Assembly: GCA_963717145.1 (NCBI GenBank)
Contig: OY970325.1
Span: 32,001 to 96,000, forward strand
DNA from: an uncultured Armatimonadetes bacterium
GTDB taxonomy: Bacteria; Armatimonadota; UBA5829; DTJY01
DNA: 64,000 nt
Direction of reading: 5' to 3'
Positions 32,893 to 43,030 of the stretch are shown piece after piece. The notes beneath the pieces are model-generated. The model did no database searches. It saw only the letters and a list, made by a program, of their open reading frames with translations, and had not been told where the DNA came from. Within the stretch, counting starts at the first letter, position 1. Each line of letters starts with the position of its first letter. A program made the translations under genes and the position numbers.

Positions 32893-33540
32893 TCAGGACT
32901 GTTTCAGGGCAATCCGAAATACGACGTTGCCCGCGTCCAAGCAGCGGTCATAGACCTTCTCCAGCAACTCAAACAGATCCCTGAGCACAAGCACCTGAAC
33001 GGCCTCCCGCTCCCCGCTGTAGAGCTCATGGAGCACCGCCAACATGAGGCGGTCTGCCTCGCCTTCGATCCGACCCAGCTCTTCTTTCTGGGTCTTGACC
33101 TTCTCTATGTTGGCGCCTTGGCGCAGCTCCCTCACCATCACTCTGACCAGTTCAGCCGCCTTGGCCAGTAATCCGACGTGCCTGGACACGTCAACGCCGC
33201 AAGTGTGTTCGCCGGCGATGATGTAGTGGTCGCCGAACTTCGTCGCGGTCTTCGGAATCTTGTACAGGGCGTTGGAAAGCGCCTCAATGTCCTCCCGGTC
33301 CAGCGGCGTCATCATGGTTTTGCTGAGGTAATGTTTCAGGTCATGGGCAAAAGCTTTTTCTCGGCTCCGGGCGTTGCGCAGTTGTTCCATGACACAGACA
33401 TCTCGAGAATGCTCGCCCTCCGGGGCACTGAGCATGGCGCTCAACCTTGCGACGGCCGTGTGGGCCTCCTCCGCAGCGCCTTCGAGCAAGGCAAACAACC
33501 TCAGGTCTTTGGTAAACAGGCCTGGCAGCACGAGCTTCAT
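32893..33540 (-). CDS. DUF47 / PhoU-like phosphate transport regulator
   Basis: MTPLDREDIEALS, IEGEADRL and LEKVYDRCLDAGN motifs. Confidence 0.88.
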   Translation of the reverse strand: MKLVLPGLFTKDLRLFALLEGAAEEAHTAVARLSAMLSAPEGEHSRDVCVMEQLRNARSREKAFAHDLKHYLSKTMMTPLDREDIEALSNALYKIPKTATKFGDHYIIAGEHTCGVDVSRHVGLLAKAAELVRVMVRELRQGANIEKVKTQKEELGRIEGEADRLMLAVLHELYSGEREAVQVLVLRDLFELLEKVYDRCLDAGNVVFRIALKQS

Positions 33541-33634
33541 GTCCAGAATAATATGCCCCGGCTCCGATGGAAGCGCAGGGCCTGACTTTGATCCGACGCG
33601 CTGCGGCGACTGGATGGCATACGCAAAGAGGCGC

Positions 33635-35446
33635 TTACGCAACAACAGGCGGCAGCAGGCCAAAAGAAGTAAGTCCCGCATCCTCACGGGATGCTCTCTC
33701 CAGATCGCCCGCGGAAATGAAACGAATCAGCTTGTTTTCCGGAGGAGCAAATCCGGCTTTGGCTTGCGCGGGGTCAAAGATGGCGCAGATCTTCATGGAC
33801 CCATCCAGGGCAAAACCGATGATGCCTGCGCTGCCCGCAAAGGCATACCCGGCCGCTGAGATCTCCGTTTCATCCGGATCAAAGCGGGCGAAGAAATCAT
33901 CGCCCGCCTGATAGACGATCCCATGGCGCGCGGTGCGCCTGAAGCCCACAAACACGACCTGGCCGGGATTCATCTTGATGGCGTCATTGCCAATGGCAAA
34001 TATGTCAGCCCCGGCGGCCCCCCGGTAGTTCTCGCGTATTCCCAAAGCCGTTTTGTAGAACAAGGTGTCTTCCCGGCTCGAAGGCCAGATGAGTTCGGAG
34101 CCGCCTGCCTCATCCGTGAATTCCTGGGCCCCCTTAAAAGCAATGCCTGCCTTGGCCAGGGCGGCTCGCAGGCTGGTCGGGATCTCTCCGAGAAAGCTTT
34201 CCGTGGCAACAAAGGTAAACCCGCCTGTTTTTCGAATGTCCTTCTCCCAGTGGCAACTGAGGCCAAGAAACGCGTGGCCAGGGCGATTGCAGGTGTCGCC
34301 GGTTTTCCCGTTTTCCAGCAAGGTGTGGTCAAGACCACAACGCACGGTCATCTGATTGCGGCAGAAGGCCAGGTGGTGGCTGATGGTGAGCACGAAACCG
34401 GAGAAACGAGGCCCCATGATTTGCTCCTCGCTTAAGCTTAAGAGCGAGTAGTTGTTCTCAACCAGAATGCACTTCGTTCCTGCATTGGCCTCCATGCACA
34501 GCTCCAGGGCATCAAAGGCCGCGGTGTTTCTTCGTTCGGGACTGAGCAGGGCCGCCTGCCTGAGCAATTCACCGGTGATGTCGGCCTTGACCGCAGGTTC
34601 GGGAATCGGGGGGGCCAGGGGCCCGGAAGCTGGAGGGGCGGCTCGGGGCAGACCCGGCTTAACGTCCTGGTCTGCAACCGGGTCTTTCTTGGGCGGAACC
34701 TTGGCCGCATCCTGTCTTCGCACCACCAGTTCGTTGAGTTTGTTCTGCAAGGCAGCTCTGCCCGGTTCGTTCAAGTCATAAAGGTCCTCGCCGATACATA
34801 CAACAATCACCTTGTTCTGGCCGGCTTGCTTCTTGAGCGCTCTGAAACCAGCGGGTTTGCGAATCCAGCCGCTATTCTCCCATGCGTCGAGCGCGTGATC
34901 ATACACCAGGGCGATGGCCTGCTTGTATTCCTTGCTGCCAGGCAGAGAGAATGTCGCCATGAACGAATTCGAAGAGGAGATCACCACCTGGATGCGGCCC
35001 ACGGGCTGGCCAGCCTGGATCGCAGATGGAGCCGGCTCCAGAACGCCTGTTTTTTCGGACGCAGTGACCCCCGCTGCAGGAGGTAACCCCGCCGTCCCGC
35101 CCTTCACCCCATTGCCTGCGGTGGGAGGAGTGGCTGGGCCGGGAGCCCCTGCCTGGCCAGGCGCAAAACGCAGGAGGAATGCTTCCACATCGGAGGCGGC
35201 CACCCTGTGGAGGTTGGGAATCTCAGCAACCGTATTGTAAGTCCGTCGGTCCAGGGCCACCAGCCGCACATCAGTCTGTTGCAGTTTGATCTCCGATCCG
35301 AAGAAGAGCATGGCGTTCAGATCTTCCAACGCCTTGTCCAGGGATTCTTCGCAGTGCCTTGAACCCCGGGTGTAGTGCATTTTGAACCTGCCACCTGCCG
35401 GGACTACTTTAATGGTTTGTTGCGGAGTTGGAGGGGCTGCCTGCAT
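33635..35446 (-). CDS. Hypothetical protein (603 aa, Pro/Ala-rich linkers)
   Basis: Long intact ORF with no recognised domain. Confidence 0.65.
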   Translation of the reverse strand: MQAAPPTPQQTIKVVPAGGRFKMHYTRGSRHCEESLDKALEDLNAMLFFGSEIKLQQTDVRLVALDRRTYNTVAEIPNLHRVAASDVEAFLLRFAPGQAGAPGPATPPTAGNGVKGGTAGLPPAAGVTASEKTGVLEPAPSAIQAGQPVGRIQVVISSSNSFMATFSLPGSKEYKQAIALVYDHALDAWENSGWIRKPAGFRALKKQAGQNKVIVVCIGEDLYDLNEPGRAALQNKLNELVVRRQDAAKVPPKKDPVADQDVKPGLPRAAPPASGPLAPPIPEPAVKADITGELLRQAALLSPERRNTAAFDALELCMEANAGTKCILVENNYSLLSLSEEQIMGPRFSGFVLTISHHLAFCRNQMTVRCGLDHTLLENGKTGDTCNRPGHAFLGLSCHWEKDIRKTGGFTFVATESFLGEIPTSLRAALAKAGIAFKGAQEFTDEAGGSELIWPSSREDTLFYKTALGIRENYRGAAGADIFAIGNDAIKMNPGQVVFVGFRRTARHGIVYQAGDDFFARFDPDETEISAAGYAFAGSAGIIGFALDGSMKICAIFDPAQAKAGFAPPENKLIRFISAGDLERASREDAGLTSFGLLPPVVA

Positions 35447-35453
35447 TGAACAT

Positions 35454-35693
35454 TCAGGTGCTTCTGGATTTGCGAGCCAGGGCGTGCCAGAGCAGCGTGG
35501 GTGGCACCGTGGGTGGACGTCGTGGCGATTGCGCCGGGGACAGTTGATAAGGGTGGCGGCCGCGAAACGTCACCAGGCGGGCGTCAAGGGCGAGGCGCAG
35601 GATCCCGCCGGCCTTTTGTCTGCCGCAGGCGTCGTAAACGGCCGCGATGAGGTCCCCCAACCTCATGGTCTTCCTGGTCTGAAGGTTCTTCAT
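35454..35693 (-). CDS. Small basic hypothetical protein
   Basis: MRLGDLIAAVYDACGRQKAGGILRLALDARLVTFRG; AAAGGA upstream; lies downstream of operator copy 3. Confidence 0.6.
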   Translation of the reverse strand: MKNLQTRKTMRLGDLIAAVYDACGRQKAGGILRLALDARLVTFRGRHPYQLSPAQSPRRPPTVPPTLLWHALARKSRST

Positions 35694-35800
35694 GGCACAT
35701 CCTTTCTTCGTTTGGAGGCAGAACTCATCCGGGCTTCAGCCTCCGCCCGCTGCTGTCTGTCCCGTCCTGGGCGGCAGCCTTGATGCATTCTCGTCCTCAT
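35690..35800 (-). CDS. Putative leaderless leader peptide (36 aa)
   Basis: MRTRMHQGCRPGRDRQQRAEAEARMSSASKRRKDVP*; ATG 8 nt after TAACCT; TGA overlaps the ATG at 35693. Confidence 0.4.
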   Translation of the reverse strand: MRTRMHQGCRPGRDRQQRAEAEARMSSASKRRKDVP

Positions 35801-35837
35801 ACCCGCTCAGGTTAGACGGAGAAAGGGGATCGCCGCC

Positions 35838-35855
35838 ATGGGGTGTTTACCCCAT
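35838..35855 (-). promoter_or_regulatory. Palindromic operator copy 3 (ATGGGGTGTTTACCCCAT)
   Basis: Minus-strand TAACCT at 35814-35809 (23-bp gap). Confidence 0.85.
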
Positions 35856-35856
35856 C

Positions 35857-37339
35857 TCAGGGTCGCAGCACTCGGCAGATCTTGCGGAAGTGGTGGCCGT
35901 AGATGGAGAGAGTGACGGCCAGCGACAACTGGGAGGGGCGGCGGAGGAGCGTCCAGAGGAGCAGGCCCCAGTAGTGGAAACGCTCGCGGCCCAGAACGCC
36001 GAGGCGGAAGTTGGCATGGGCAAACGCCACGAGAGATCGCCAGGTCAGCGAGCGGGAGATCTCTCGGCGGCTCGGTATTCGCGCAGGAAGGTGCGGATCC
36101 GCTGGTAGTACGGCCTGGGCGAATAGATGTATTCCATGAGGCTCTGGTAGCCCTGGCGCAGCGTCTCCCGGTTCATCCGCGGAATAAAGTTGGTGGTCCC
36201 ATCGACATTGTCCCCGGTCGTGTCGGCCGAGCAGGCGGCCCTGGCGGTTCAGCCGTTGGTGAAGCTTGGTGCCGGGCAGGGCTTGCAGCAGGCCGACCAT
36301 CGCCGTGACGATCCCGCTTTTCTGAATGAACTCGATCTGCCGCTGAAAGATCGCGGGCGTGTCGTGGTCGAATCCGACGATGAACCCGCCCTGCACCTCC
36401 AGGCCCGCGCGCTGGATGCGCTTCACGTCGGCGACCAGGTCGCGGCCCCGGTTCTGGCGCTTGTTGCACTCGGCCAGGCTGGCCTCCTCGGGCGTCTCGA
36501 TGCCGACGAACACCTGGTCGAACCCCGCCTCGACCATCAGCCGCATCAGCTCCTCGTCGTCGGCGAGATTGATGGACGCCTCGGTGAAAAACGGGATGCC
36601 GCGCTTCCCTTTCTGCCACTGGATCAGGGCCGGCAGCAGTTCCTCCTTGAGCACCCGCTTGTTGCCGATGAAATTGTCGTCCACGAAGAAGACCGCCCCG
36701 CGCCAGCCGAGCCGGGCGAGGCCGTCCAGCTCGGCGATCACCTGCGCGGTGGTCTTGGTGCGGGGCCGATGTCCGAACATGGAGGTGATGTTGCAGAACT
36801 CGCAGTCGAACGGGCAGCCGCGCGAGAACTGCAGGCTCATGCTCGAATAGCGGCGCAGGTCGGCCAGCTCCCACAGCGGCGCCGGGGTCTGGCGGAGGTC
36901 GGGAAAGTTCGACGACGCATAGACGCGCCGGGCGCCGCCCCGTTCGAGGTCGCGCAGGAACTCCGGCAGCGTCACCTCGGCCTCGTTCAGCACGAAATGG
37001 TCCACTTCGGGAAACTGCTCGTGCTCGATGGTGAACAGCGGCCCGCCCGCCACGATGGTCTTGCCCGCCGCCCGGCAGCGCGCGATGAGCGCGCGGGCCG
37101 AGTCCCGCTGGGCGATCATCGCGCTGATGAACACGAGGTCGGCCCAGGCCAGGTCCTTCTCGCGCAGCTTGCGCACGTTCACGTCCACCAGGCGCTTCGC
37201 CCAAGGCGCGCGGCAGCATCGCGGCCACGGTCAGCAGGCCCAGCGGCGGCAGCGAGGCGCGCTTGTGGATGAACTTCAAGGCGTGCTTGAAACTCCAGAA
37301 GGTGTCCGGGAACTCCGGGTAGAGCAGCAAGGCATTCAT
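35857..37339 (-). CDS. B12-binding radical SAM protein with DUF4070 (HpnP-like superfamily; frameshifted)
   Basis: [31 protein letters not shown] and GGFIVGFD motifs. Confidence 0.9.
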
Positions 37340-38342
37340 GTTACGATCGGCCCTCCACCGGCTCGCAGGCCGCGGTAGCCCACCAGCTTCTGGCGCTGTT
37401 CATCCCAGAGCCGAAAGGTGAGCGAATTGAGGCTGGAAAACAGGGTGACGGGCTTGACGGTCTGAAACAGCGGGACCGCGTTCTGGCACTTCTCCAGGTT
37501 GTAATTGGGAATCCGTGGGTTCAGATGATGGATGTGATGAAATCCAATGCTGCCGGTGAACCATTGCAGGACCCTGGGCAGCTTGTAGAAGGAACTGCCT
37601 TGCAGGGCGGCCGCCGCGTAGTCCCAGGCCGCGTGGCGCGCCCAGCAAACGTCTTCAAACTGGTGCTGCACGTAGAACAGCCACACCCCCGCCGTGCCCG
37701 CCACCGCCATCACCGTCAACTGAATGAGCAGGTAGGCCTTGAAACCGAAGATCCCACCCAGCGCCGCCACCATGCCAGAATCGCCAGGTTGGTCCAATAC
37801 ACCGAGTGACGCTCTCGTTTGCCGGCGCGGGGCGAGGCAAAGCGCTGCTTCACCAGGAACAGGAAGAGCGGCGCCAGCACGAAGAGCACGACCGGGTTGC
37901 GGGCCAGCCGATAGGCCAGCCGTCTCCAGCGAGAGGCGTCCAGGTATTCCTGAACGGTCAACGTCCACACATCGCCCGGGCCGCGCCGGTCCAGATCGCC
38001 GGCGCTCCAGTGGTGGAGGGCATGTTCCCATCGCCAGTGAAAGTAAGGCGTGAAAGTCAGCACGCCGGTGATGAAGCCGAGCCGGTCCGCGGCTCGTTGG
38101 GACCTGAAAAAGGAACCGTGCCCGCAGTCGTGGAAGATGATGAAGACCCGCACCAGGAACCCGGCCGCCAGGATGGCCAGCGGCAGGGCGAGCCAATAGG
38201 AAACGGCCAGGCTGAGGTACATCAGGTACCAGAGGACCGCATACGGAACGAGCGTGTTGACCACCTGCCAGAGGCTGCGCCCGACGGTGGGTGTCTGGTA
38301 GGGAGCCACGAGCGTCTTCCAGGGTTGCTCGGTATGGTTCAC
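37336..38342 (-). CDS. Membrane fatty-acid desaturase (Des-like; one frameshift)
   Basis: His boxes HDCGH, HALHH and HHIHH, plus FYVQHQF; GTG start at 38342. Confidence 0.92.
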
Positions 38343-38377
38343 CGTCTCACCATAACGCAGCGGACTGGCAGATCGCC

Positions 38378-38395
38378 ATGGGGTGTTCACCCCAT
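38378..38395 (-). promoter_or_regulatory. Palindromic operator copy 4 (ATGGGGTGTTCACCCCAT), with an adjacent degenerate site at 38397-38414
   Basis: Minus-strand TATGGT at 38354-38349 (23-bp gap); the GTG start follows 6 nt later. Confidence 0.85.
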
Positions 38396-38413
38396 CGGGG
38401 GTGGCATCACCCC

Positions 38414-40035
38414 TCACGCGCAGGAGTTCTGGTCCCCGGATGGTGAGGCGTTGCGCAGGCTGATCGTTTGGTTTCCGACCCGCCCTTGCGTCCAGCCGGT
38501 GGCAGACCGGGCTTCACGGTCCGGCTCCTCAAGTCCGGCATCCAGCATCCGGGCCGGGAGTTCGGGCTTGCGGGTCAAAGTGCGCCGGCGAAAGGGACTG
38601 CAAAGCAGCTTGACGATGTCGGACGTCTTCATGTGGCGGCCGAAGGCGCGCAGGAGCTTCCAGGTTCGGATCGGGCGCCTGAGAACCCGGTGGAGGAAGA
38701 GCCAACCGTAACCTTTGGCCCGCAGCCGATTCACCACCGCGCTGGGCAGGGTGGTGGGGTCGATATCCGAGCACTTGAACCACTTGTGCCAATCCCGTTC
38801 GTCGTCAATGATCCCGCGCGCCACATACTCCTGCCAGAGCGGCGTCCCGCGATAGGCGCACAAGCGATTGAAGCCGAAGGTGTCCAGCTCCAGGCGCGCC
38901 GCGAAGCGGAAGCTTTCCGCGATGTCCTCTTCGGTTTCATCGGGCGAGCCGACGACAAAGAACCCGTGGACCCTGGCGATGCCCTGCCGCTTGGCTTCCC
39001 GGACGGCGTGCTCCACCTGGGCGGGGGTCTGCTTCTTGTTGAGCCGGTCCAGCACTTTTTGCGTGCCCGCCTCCACGCCAAAGGCCAGGAAATTGCAGCC
39101 GGCCTGGCGCAGGAGCGGCAGTTGCTCAATTCCGACCGAATCGACGCGGCCTTCGCAGCCCCAGTGAAACTCCAGTTTGCGTTCGATGATGCCGCGGCAA
39201 ATCGCCTCAATGCGCTGGCGGTTGATGAGGAAATGGTCGTCGGTCAGGTAGATCGAGCGGTAGCCCAGGTCGTTGAGCTCCTGCAACTCGCCCAGGACAT
39301 GCTCCGGCGAACGGCTTCGCAGCCGGCCCTCGCCCAGGGACGGGATATCGCAGTAGATGCAGGAGTAGGGGCAGCCGCGCGAGGTTTGCACGGTGCAGAA
39401 CTTGTCCAGCGAGAGGACCGCCGGAACATCCAGGGGCAGGGACTCGATGTAGTCGATCGGCAGACTGGTTCGGTCGGGATACGGAAACCGGTCCAGGTCC
39501 TGAAGGAGGGGGCGGGGGGCGTTGGTAACGATGGTCCCGTCGCGCCGCCAGACCAGCCCCGCCACGGAGCCGGGGTCATCGAGGTGGTCCAAATAGTCCG
39601 GCAGGAGCTCCTCGCCTTCACCCACCCCCACGCAGTCGATGTCGGGACAGTCCCCCAGAATGCGGTCCGCATTCAAGGTGGCGAAGGCTCCGCCGACGAT
39701 GATCGGGAGTCTTCGGCGCCTCGGCCTTGAGTCCGCCGGGCCATGCTCTTGACCGCCGGGTAGGTGGTGGTCGAGAGAAAGGAGAGCGCGATCACGTCAG
39801 GTTGTTCTTGTGCAACCGCCTGCGCGATGTGCTCCGCCTTCATCTGCGGGTGGCAGGTATCAAACATCCGCACCTGGTGCCCCCGTTGGCGCAGCACCGG
39901 CGCGAGCGTCTGGATCCCCAGGGGCGGAAACGCCATCACCTTGACCCGGCCGTTGTCCGACTTCGACCGATCCAGGCGCTCGGGAAGCACCCGGCAGAAG
40001 TTTTCATCGCCCACGTAAACGAGGAACGTATTCAT
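38414..40035 (-). CDS. B12-binding radical SAM protein (frameshifted near 39700)
   Basis: FPPLGIQTLA, TSRGCPYSCIYC, YLTDDHF and FGVEAG motifs. Confidence 0.9.
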
Positions 40036-40124
40036 GGGCTGGATCTTCGTCTCTGGCCACGGCCGCAAACGGTTGCGCCGCAAACCCCAAGCGCCAGGTT
40101 CTTTAGCTGGTGGCCGCGTTTCAT
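40032..40124 (-). CDS. Putative leaderless leader peptide (30 aa)
   Basis: MKRGHQLKNLALGVCGATVCGRGQRRRSSP*; ATG 6 nt after TACTCT; TGA overlaps the ATG at 40035. Confidence 0.5.
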   Translation of the reverse strand: MKRGHQLKNLALGVCGATVCGRGQRRRSSP

Positions 40125-40159
40125 AACGCCAGAGTATCGAGGGGACCCCGCGGGGCGCC

Positions 40160-40177
40160 ATGGGGTGTTTACCCCAT
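40160..40177 (-). promoter_or_regulatory. Palindromic operator copy 5 (ATGGGGTGTTTACCCCAT)
   Basis: Minus-strand TACTCT at 40136-40131 (23-bp gap). Confidence 0.85.
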
Positions 40178-40972
40178 TGCGACTGCCTGGCGCAGGGCCG
40201 GCAGGCGAGGGGGAGGTTTGATCCGGTTTGATTGGGTTTGATTGGGTTTGATCGGGTTGGATGGGAGGAGGCGATGGCTGCAGGAGCGCCCCCGGCCGGT
40301 CAGGGTACCCGGCTCCAAGTCGTGGTTGATCTCGGTTACCAAGGCCGCGATCTCCCGGGCTTTTTCGCCGCCACCGAAGGCCTGGGCGAGAGGCTGCACC
40401 TCCAAAGCGGCCCAGATGGGGGCGGTGGCGCGCCGTTTCTCCTCCTTTGTTTCGCGGTCGCGCTCCTGTGCATCCAAACGATCCTTTTCCCGCTCCCAGC
40501 GCTCCTGCTCGATCTGGAGCCGGGCGGCGTGACCGTCGTTTTGACGCAACTGACTGAGGGCCTGGAGGAATTCGCGGAGGCGTTGCCAGCGCTCACGGGG
40601 GTCTGAGACCTCCTTGAGGAGCGCCTCGGAGGCGCGCGCCAGTTCGACGGCAAGGAGGGTGGCGAAGCGATCACTCAGGGGCCGCTCTTGGGCGCCGGGC
40701 TCCAGGTCCTCGGATTGCTCGGTCAGGCGCTGGACCAGGTCGCAGGATTCCTGGTGCTGGAGCCAGTCGAGGTAGCCGCCCTGTCTCCACTCGGAGAGGT
40801 TCTGCTCGCTGATTGGGCGGCTGCCGAACTGGGACTTGAGGACTTGGTGCACGTCGGGCAGGCCGTTGAGCCAGTCCACGAGTTGTCGGGCCTGTTCACC
40901 GTCATCGAGGCGGTGGTTCAAATCGAGGCGGATGTGTTTTGGGAGCCGGGCGATTTTGCCGTTGCGAGTCAT
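40169..40972 (-). CDS. Hypothetical protein with DUF3486/Mu gp27-like N-terminus
   Basis: MTRNGKIARLPKHIRLDLNHRL...ISEQNLSEWRQGGYLDW, then coiled coil; family call is by resemblance. Confidence 0.6.
   Translation of the reverse strand: MTRNGKIARLPKHIRLDLNHRLDDGEQARQLVDWLNGLPDVHQVLKSQFGSRPISEQNLSEWRQGGYLDWLQHQESCDLVQRLTEQSEDLEPGAQERPLSDRFATLLAVELARASEALLKEVSDPRERWQRLREFLQALSQLRQNDGHAARLQIEQERWEREKDRLDAQERDRETKEEKRRATAPIWAALEVQPLAQAFGGGEKAREIAALVTEINHDLEPGTLTGRGRSCSHRLLPSNPIKPNQTQSNRIKPPPRLPALRQAVAMG
40215..40264. repeat. 10-bp tandem repeat (GGTTTGATTG-like, 5 copies)
   Basis: GGTTTGATCC GGTTTGATTG GGTTTGATTG GGTTTGATCG GGTTGGATGG. Confidence 0.9.
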
Positions 40973-41868
40973 AACGAGGAGGCAGGGTTGGAGGTGGTGA
41001 GGTTGTTCCGCCGCCGCCCCGCTGCGGGGCTATGGCGCGACAGGCAGGTCTTCAGGGGGCAGGTGACAGGAGGATGGGGTCTGGGGTCTGGCGTCTGGGG
41101 ATGGATAGCAGATGGCAGACCGCAAGACGGCCAATGTCCAAAGGCATAGGCGCGCTGGGGCAGGGCACAGCGGCGGGACCACGAGTTCCGGGCTCCCGGT
41201 TCCGCGTTTCACTTTTCGAGATTGCGTTCTTCATGCACGCGAGGATCGCATGGGCACCCGCCAAAACGCACGTTACCGGGTAACAGAAAATGCAGGAGGT
41301 TTTCACATTGTCAGCGGGTCAGGTTCCCAGGCTCAGAGTAGTGGAGCCGGTGGGCAAGGGGGGATCGTGTCGTCAAGTTGCGGGAAGCGATGAGACGGAT
41401 GGGACGAACGCGACAAGGGGGACGAACGGGCAGGGGCTGGGAGGATGGAGGTCCGGTTAGTCTTCGCCTTAATCGAAACCAGCCCCGATGGATTCGATCA
41501 GTTCAAGGGGTGGAACAAGTGCCGGCGGCCAGCCGCTCCGCCGGCAGCGAGGCGTGTCCATCCTGACCGACGAGAGCGACGGATACGCGGTGGCGCCGGC
41601 GGTCCTGAGACAGGTGGAGGTGCACATCCAACAGGTGCTGGAGCGGGCCGCCCGAAACCGTCTGGCGGCAGGTGTCGTGGCGGTCGGCGGGGTGGAAATC
41701 CTAAAATCCGCCGTCGGGAAGCCGTCGCGATCGGGTCAGCCCTTGTCATGGTGAAACATGGCGGCCAGGAGGACCAGCTCGGGATGAGCGGCCGACAGCT
41801 TGGGCAGGATCAGGCGGACGCGGGAGCGATAGGCGGACAGGGCCCTGGCCGTTCAGCGCAGGGACAGG

Positions 41869-42047
41869 TCACTCGTTTGCCGGTGCGGCCATTCCCCCCT
41901 GATCTGTGCCGCCTCCACGGGCGAGCCGTTGGGGAGGCGAAGAGTCGCGGCGCTCCACCCAGATGATAGCCAGGAGGAACACGAACGAGGAGAGGCTGAT
42001 GACCAGATAGATGATGAAGGCCCAGTAGAGCATGGAAACGTGTTCAT
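41869..42047 (-). CDS. Small single-pass membrane protein (probable frameshift after MNTF, or start at 42033)
   Basis: MLYWAFIIYLVISLSSFVFLLAIIWVERR hydrophobic helix downstream of operator copy 6. Confidence 0.5.
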
Positions 42048-42136
42048 GGGTTGGGTCTTCGTCTGCGCGCCGCACCGCAACGGCCCGCACCGAAAACCCG
42101 AACCCCTCGTGCCCACGGTGGGTGGACGTGGTTCAT
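42044..42136 (-). CDS. Putative leaderless leader peptide (30 aa), homologous to 40032-40124
   Basis: MNHVHPPWARGVRVFGAGRCGAARRRRPNP*; ATG 6 nt after TATCCT; TGA overlaps the ATG at 42047. Confidence 0.5.
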   Translation of the reverse strand: MNHVHPPWARGVRVFGAGRCGAARRRRPNP

Positions 42137-42170
42137 GGGAGCAGGATACGGGAGACGCCGTGCGGATGCT

Positions 42171-42188
42171 ATGGGGTGTTTACCCCAT
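42171..42188 (-). promoter_or_regulatory. Palindromic operator copy 6 (ATGGGGTGTTTACCCCAT)
   Basis: Minus-strand TATCCT at 42148-42143 (22-bp gap). Confidence 0.85.
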
Positions 42189-42326
42189 GCTGCTGCCCGG
42201 CCCAGGCCCGGCCGGCGATGGAGAAGTTTGGGGGGATGCCGATCGTGATGCCGGACGAGCGAAAGGCCGAAGGCGCCCAGGATCAGCCGGAAGGTTTGCT
42301 CATCACTCATGGAGGCGGCTGAAGGG

Positions 42327-43024
42327 CTAAACAATGGTCAACTGGACGCTGCTTTCGACGATGCCCGCCGAGATGGCGTAGCGGGTGAGGCCGGCGGTGT
42401 CGTGGATGTTGAGCTTTTGCATCACACTCTGCCGGTGTTTTTCGACGGTTTTGACGCTGATGCCCAGCTCGGCGGCGACCTGTTTGTTGGGCTGCCCTTC
42501 GGCGATGAGTTGGAGGACCTCCGCTTCGCGCGAACTGAGGCGGGGGGCTCCTTTCTTGACCCTGTTTCCCGTGAGCCGGGGCTGACCCCTCCGGGTGGCG
42601 ACAGGCGCTGGGCAATGGCGGGGCTGAAATAGGTCTTGCCTTTCTGGACTTCGCGGATGGCCTCGACCAGGAAGTGAGCGGAGGTTTGTTTGATCAGGTA
42701 TCCGACCGCGCCCAAGGCCACCACTTGCTCGACGTAAGCGTCATCACTGTGGGCCGAGAGAATGAGCACCTTGGTGTCCGGGACGGCCTGGCGAATCTGC
42801 CGGGTGGCTTCCAAGCCATTGAGCAGGGGCATGGCGATGTCCATCACGATCACGGCCGGGCGAAGTTTCTTGGTCAGTTCCACGGCCTGGCGGCCGGTCT
42901 CGGCTTCGCCGACCACCTGGATATCCCCTTCGGCGTCCAACAAGGTGCGGAGTCCTTCCCGAACGATCATATGGTCTTCGGCCAGCAGGACGGTGATAGG
43001 TTTCGTAGCGGTGACATGTTTCAT
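42327..43024 (-). CDS. NarL/LuxR-family response regulator (frameshift between receiver and HTH)
   Basis: VLLAEDHMIVREGL, VMDIAMPLLNGLEA; other frame gives LSSREAEVLQLIAEG...ELGISVKTVEKHRQSVMQKL, TAG at 42327. Confidence 0.92.
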
Positions 43025-43030
43025 AGAAAC

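Noticed and set aside
41231-41860. Short ORFs between the gp27-like gene and the small membrane protein
   Set aside because: No consistent frame, motif or start signal, so no call can be supported.
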